DNA of 19,187 nucleotides from Oculatellaceae cyanobacterium bins.114 (lineage in GTDB: Bacteria; Cyanobacteriota; Cyanobacteriia; Elainellales; Elainellaceae). Position numbers and translations under genes: made by a program. A model generated the notes under the pieces. It worked only from the letters and a program-made list of their open reading frames with translations, was not told where the DNA came from and did not search any database. Below are positions 16,687-19,187 of the stretch, one piece after another; position 1 is the stretch's first letter, and every line of letters starts with the position of its first letter. The stretch lies in contig JANRJA010000144.1 of assembly GCA_033764315.1 (NCBI GenBank), positions 1-19,187 on the forward strand. Direction: 5' to 3'.

Positions 16687-17412
16687 ATGTCACCCATTCA
16701 ATTAGTCGTCTGCGATATGGCAGGCACCACCGTTCAAGATCATCACGAAGTAGAGCGTTGTTTCACAGAAGCCGCTAACCAAACCGGATTAGCCTTTGAG
16801 TCAGCCCAAATTGTTGCCATGATGGGATGGTCTAAAAGACTGGTATTTGAAACCCTCTGGTCAGCCCAAATTGGCTCCGACCATCCCCGTTATCAAGCTC
16901 AAGTAGAAACCTCATTTTCGCACTTCAAGCTATTGCTAGAAGATCATTACAGCACTCAACATGTCCTGCCAACCGAAGGATGTTTGGAGTTGTTTGCATG
17001 GCTTAAATCTCAAGGGATTAAAATTGCCTTGACGACGGGCTTTTATCGCCAGGTAACCAATATTATCTTGCAGCGGTTAAGTTGGCATGAGGGATTGAAC
17101 GCAAACTACGTCGGCGATGAAAAGTCAATTATTCAAGCCTCAATCACCCCCTCAGAAATCTTTGCCGAAGAAGGCAGGCCAGCTCCCTTTATGATTCAAA
17201 AAGCGATGTATCGGTTAGGCATTACTGACTCAAAAGCAGTGGTAAATATTGGAGATACACCCTCTGATTTACAATCGGGAATCCATGCCAATTGCCTTTT
17301 TTCCTGGGGCATAACCAATGGCACTCATACCCGTGAGCAATTAGCCGAATATCCTCATCACGGCTTGTTTGATTCTTTGTTAGACGTTAAAGAAAAACTG
17401 GCTAGTTTATAG
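16687..17412 (+). CDS. HAD-superfamily hydrolase, phosphonatase (PhnX)-like
   Basis: Motif I DMAGTTV (Ala rather than Asp at +2, as in PhnX DWAGT), cap motif MGWSK, motif II LTTG, motif III GRPAP (Arg in place of Lys), motif IV GDTPSD; starts 6 nt after the ATPase stop. Confidence 0.85.
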   Translation: MSPIQLVVCDMAGTTVQDHHEVERCFTEAANQTGLAFESAQIVAMMGWSKRLVFETLWSAQIGSDHPRYQAQVETSFSHFKLLLEDHYSTQHVLPTEGCLELFAWLKSQGIKIALTTGFYRQVTNIILQRLSWHEGLNANYVGDEKSIIQASITPSEIFAEEGRPAPFMIQKAMYRLGITDSKAVVNIGDTPSDLQSGIHANCLFSWGITNGTHTREQLAEYPHHGLFDSLLDVKEKLASL

Positions 17413-17419
17413 CAAACTT

Positions 17420-17530
17420 ACCCCGTGTGCGACTTTCTCCAGATCCTCGGATGCTGTGACGCCAATCAGACTACTTTGAGGATGCTGAACTAGCAACCGC
17501 AGATCTAAACCTCGAAGTTGCACATCGCGC
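17420..17530. mobile_element. Dispersed ~115-bp MITE-like repeat, copy 2
   Basis: Aligns with 2838-2953, sharing GCTGTGACGC, AATCAGACTACTTTGAGGA, ATCTAAACCTC and AGTTGCACATCGCG. Confidence 0.75.
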
Positions 17531-17657
17531 AAACTGCGCCATTTCAACACTGTGTTCGGCACCTGTGCAAATAATGCAATAGGCAAAATCGCTTTAAGAC
17601 ATTGCTGAATCATGACTGAATCAATGCTCTAAAGCGATACCACTTGGTTAAATTGGG

Positions 17658-17738
17658 GGTAGTCCTCTAAAAGTAATGATTTTTGAGTAAGGATATGCCG
17701 CGCGGAACACGGTATAGCCTTACTTGTTGAGGACTACC
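17658..17738. mobile_element. 81-bp MITE with 8-bp target-site duplication (IS1-like ends)
   Basis: TIRs GGTAGTCCTCTAAAAGTAA and TTACTTGTTGAGGACTACC (17/19 match, first 10 bp perfect); flanked by AAATTGGG at 17650-17657 and 17739-17746. Confidence 0.88.
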
Positions 17739-17747
17739 AAATTGGGA

Positions 17748-18188
17748 TGGGGGCGGAGAGACTTGAACTCTCACGACTTATACAGTCAACGGATTTTCAT
17801 TCTCTTACAGCTTTCACTGTTGCCAGTCAGCATTAGGTCTGATGGTTTTGAGAATTGGACTCTCCCTTTACCCTCGGCTAAACGTTAGGGTAGCTCCCGT
17901 CGAGTCTCTGCACCTTCCACAGCGCGTTAGTGGTTTTCTACACCCACCTCTCGCAGCTTAGTTGTGGCTTGGCTCAGGATTGCCATATCTGAAACGTGAG
18001 TGATTAGATGTCGGGTGCCAGCTTTTAAGGAAATCGCTGTCAAAAATCGCTGTCAATTTTATCGCCCAAACGTGAACTCGCCGCTTCTGAGTTAGGTTTC
18101 CCTGAATTTGAGAGCCGTCACTTGATAAATTTCTCTACCAAGGCTCAGTTTTCTAAGTCCGCAGCGTCTACCATTCCGCCACGCCCCC
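17748..18188 (-). tRNA. trnL: tRNA-Leu (anticodon TAA), interrupted by a group I intron; exon 1 = 18188-18155, exon 2 = 17797-17748
   Basis: 5' exon GGGGGCGTGGCGGAATGGTAGACGCTGCGGACTT and 3' exon AAAATCCGTTGACTGTATAAGTCGTGAGAGTTCAAGTCTCTCCGCCCCCA; the spliced anticodon loop is CTT|AAAA, with a long variable arm; 84 nt in total. Confidence 0.97.
17798..18154 (-). ncRNA. Self-splicing group I intron of tRNA-Leu(UAA), 357 nt
   Basis: Follows exon U, ends in omega-G (…AGAGAATG); conserved elements P AATTCAGGGAAA, Q AATCCTGAGC, R GTGCAGAGACTCGA and S GGAGAGTCC are present. Confidence 0.96.
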
Positions 18189-18590
18189 AGGTCGCCTACA
18201 AGATCGTTGAAATCGTGCAAGGCTGCAATCCAAGATTTTAGTCTTGAATCTGGTATCTGTCTATTCCACCATCTTTGGGGAATCTGTGCAACGGTTTCAA
18301 ATTGCACTGTTTCTTAGTGTATCGCAAAGTGTTGAGCAGTTCGTAGCAAATCCTTAACTGCCTAATGATAAATCCTTTGGGGATCGTTAATCAGCTCCAT
18401 AGCAACTGTAAGGCAGTCGCTATAGTTCATTTAGCCTGAGTCGTGGCAAGCCTGATTTACAGAATTTGGTGCTATTTTCTCAAAGAAAATAGAGCCTGTC
18501 TGGCTTTTAGTCTGGTGAACGCCTTCTTTTTATAAAAGAACTACGCTTCAATGGTTGAAACTGAGGATTTGACATCGGAATGGGACGGCC

Positions 18591-19187
18591 ATGATTTCAG
18601 TTAAAGATCGAATTGTGTTGATTACAGGGGCTAGCAGTGGAATTGGGGCAGCCTGTGCCAGGGTGTTTGCGCAAGGAGGAGCAAAGCTAATTTTGGCGGC
18701 TCGTCGATTAGAGCGATTGCAGCAGTTAGCGCAACAGATCGAGCATGAGTTCGCGGTGCCGCTGCATGTGGTGACGTTAGATGTGAGCGATCGCACCCAA
18801 GTTGAATCAACCCTCAAAACGTTACCTGAAGCATGGGGAGCGATCGACATTTTGATCAACAATGCAGGATTGAGCCGGGGGTTAGATACCTTTCAGGAAG
18901 GCAACATTCAAGATTGGGAAGAGATGATTGACACCAATCTCAAGGGTTTGTTGTATGTCAGTCGGGCAGTGTTACCTGGAATGGTAAGCCGAAATCAAGG
19001 GCATGTAGTCAACATCGGCTCTGTCGCAGGGCACCAAACCTACCCCAAGGGCAACGTTTATTGCGCCACCAAAGCGGCGGTACGAGCGTTGTCAGAGGGT
19101 TTGAGATTAGATTTGTTGGGTACTTCAGTGCGAGTCAGCTCTGTTGATCCAGGCATGGTGGAAACCGAATTTAGTGAAGTACGGTTT
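18591..19187 (+). CDS. SDR-family NADP-dependent oxidoreductase (YdfG-like), 3' truncated by window edge; missing from ORF track
   Basis: Manual translation MISVKDRIVLITGASSGIG…AARR…NNAG…NIGSVAG…YCATK…DPGMVETEFS shows TGxxxGIG, NNAG, catalytic Ser and YxxxK; the frame is open to the end of the window. Confidence 0.95.
   Translation, partial: MISVKDRIVLITGASSGIGAACARVFAQGGAKLILAARRLERLQQLAQQIEHEFAVPLHVVTLDVSDRTQVESTLKTLPEAWGAIDILINNAGLSRGLDTFQEGNIQDWEEMIDTNLKGLLYVSRAVLPGMVSRNQGHVVNIGSVAGHQTYPKGNVYCATKAAVRALSEGLRLDLLGTSVRVSSVDPGMVETEFSEVRF

Larger units (their letters stand above)
89..18847. repeat. HIP1 octamer GCGATCGC dispersed across the window
   Basis: Many copies, e.g. 89-96, 381-388, 488-495, 1451-1458; a hallmark of cyanobacterial DNA. 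Confidence 0.9.

Noticed and set aside
17407..17613. 68-aa minus-strand ORF
   Set aside because: More than half of it is the dispersed repeat at 17420-17530; no protein features.
18263..18291. Minus-strand promoter for tRNA-Leu (TTGCAC-17 nt-TGGAAT)
   Set aside because: The -10 hexamer lacks the conserved A at position 2; too weak to call.
18092..18307. 71-aa ORF entering the group I intron (possible homing endonuclease)
   Set aside because: Overlaps the tRNA 5' exon and has no LAGLIDADG/HNH/GIY-YIG motif; the intron is too short to encode one.
18548..18862. 104-aa minus-strand ORF
   Set aside because: Antisense shadow of the SDR gene starting at 18591.

Overview
Chromosomal window from a cyanobacterium (abundant HIP1 GCGATCGC octamers, ycf29/Rre1 regulator, pentapeptide-repeat protein, tRNA-Leu(UAA) with the cyanobacterial/plastid group I intron). 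Left part: end of a peptide-type ABC ATPase, a small coiled-coil membrane/secreted protein, a NarL-type response regulator, a pentapeptide+TPR protein, an FTR1 iron permease, an orphan immunity-like protein and tRNA-Gln(UUG). Middle, minus strand: a four-gene run of an SBP-vWA lipoprotein, a 2-TM coiled-coil protein, a second paralogous SBP and a multi-domain RCK/K+-channel-like protein with an atypical filter; the run has no ABC ATPase or permease. Divergently transcribed is a five-gene operon (Tat-lipoprotein SBP, two permeases, ATPase, phosphonatase-like HAD hydrolase) behind a candidate 11-bp-periodic Pho box, probably for organophosphorus scavenging. Right end: an 81-bp MITE with an 8-bp target duplication, the intron-containing tRNA-Leu (its P5 region carries an insertion flanked by 8-bp direct repeats) and a truncated SDR gene. 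Intergenic spaces are full of MITE/REP-like elements and heptamer repeats. No CRISPR array, transposase or integrase was seen. All family assignments come from motif recognition by eye, without database searches.
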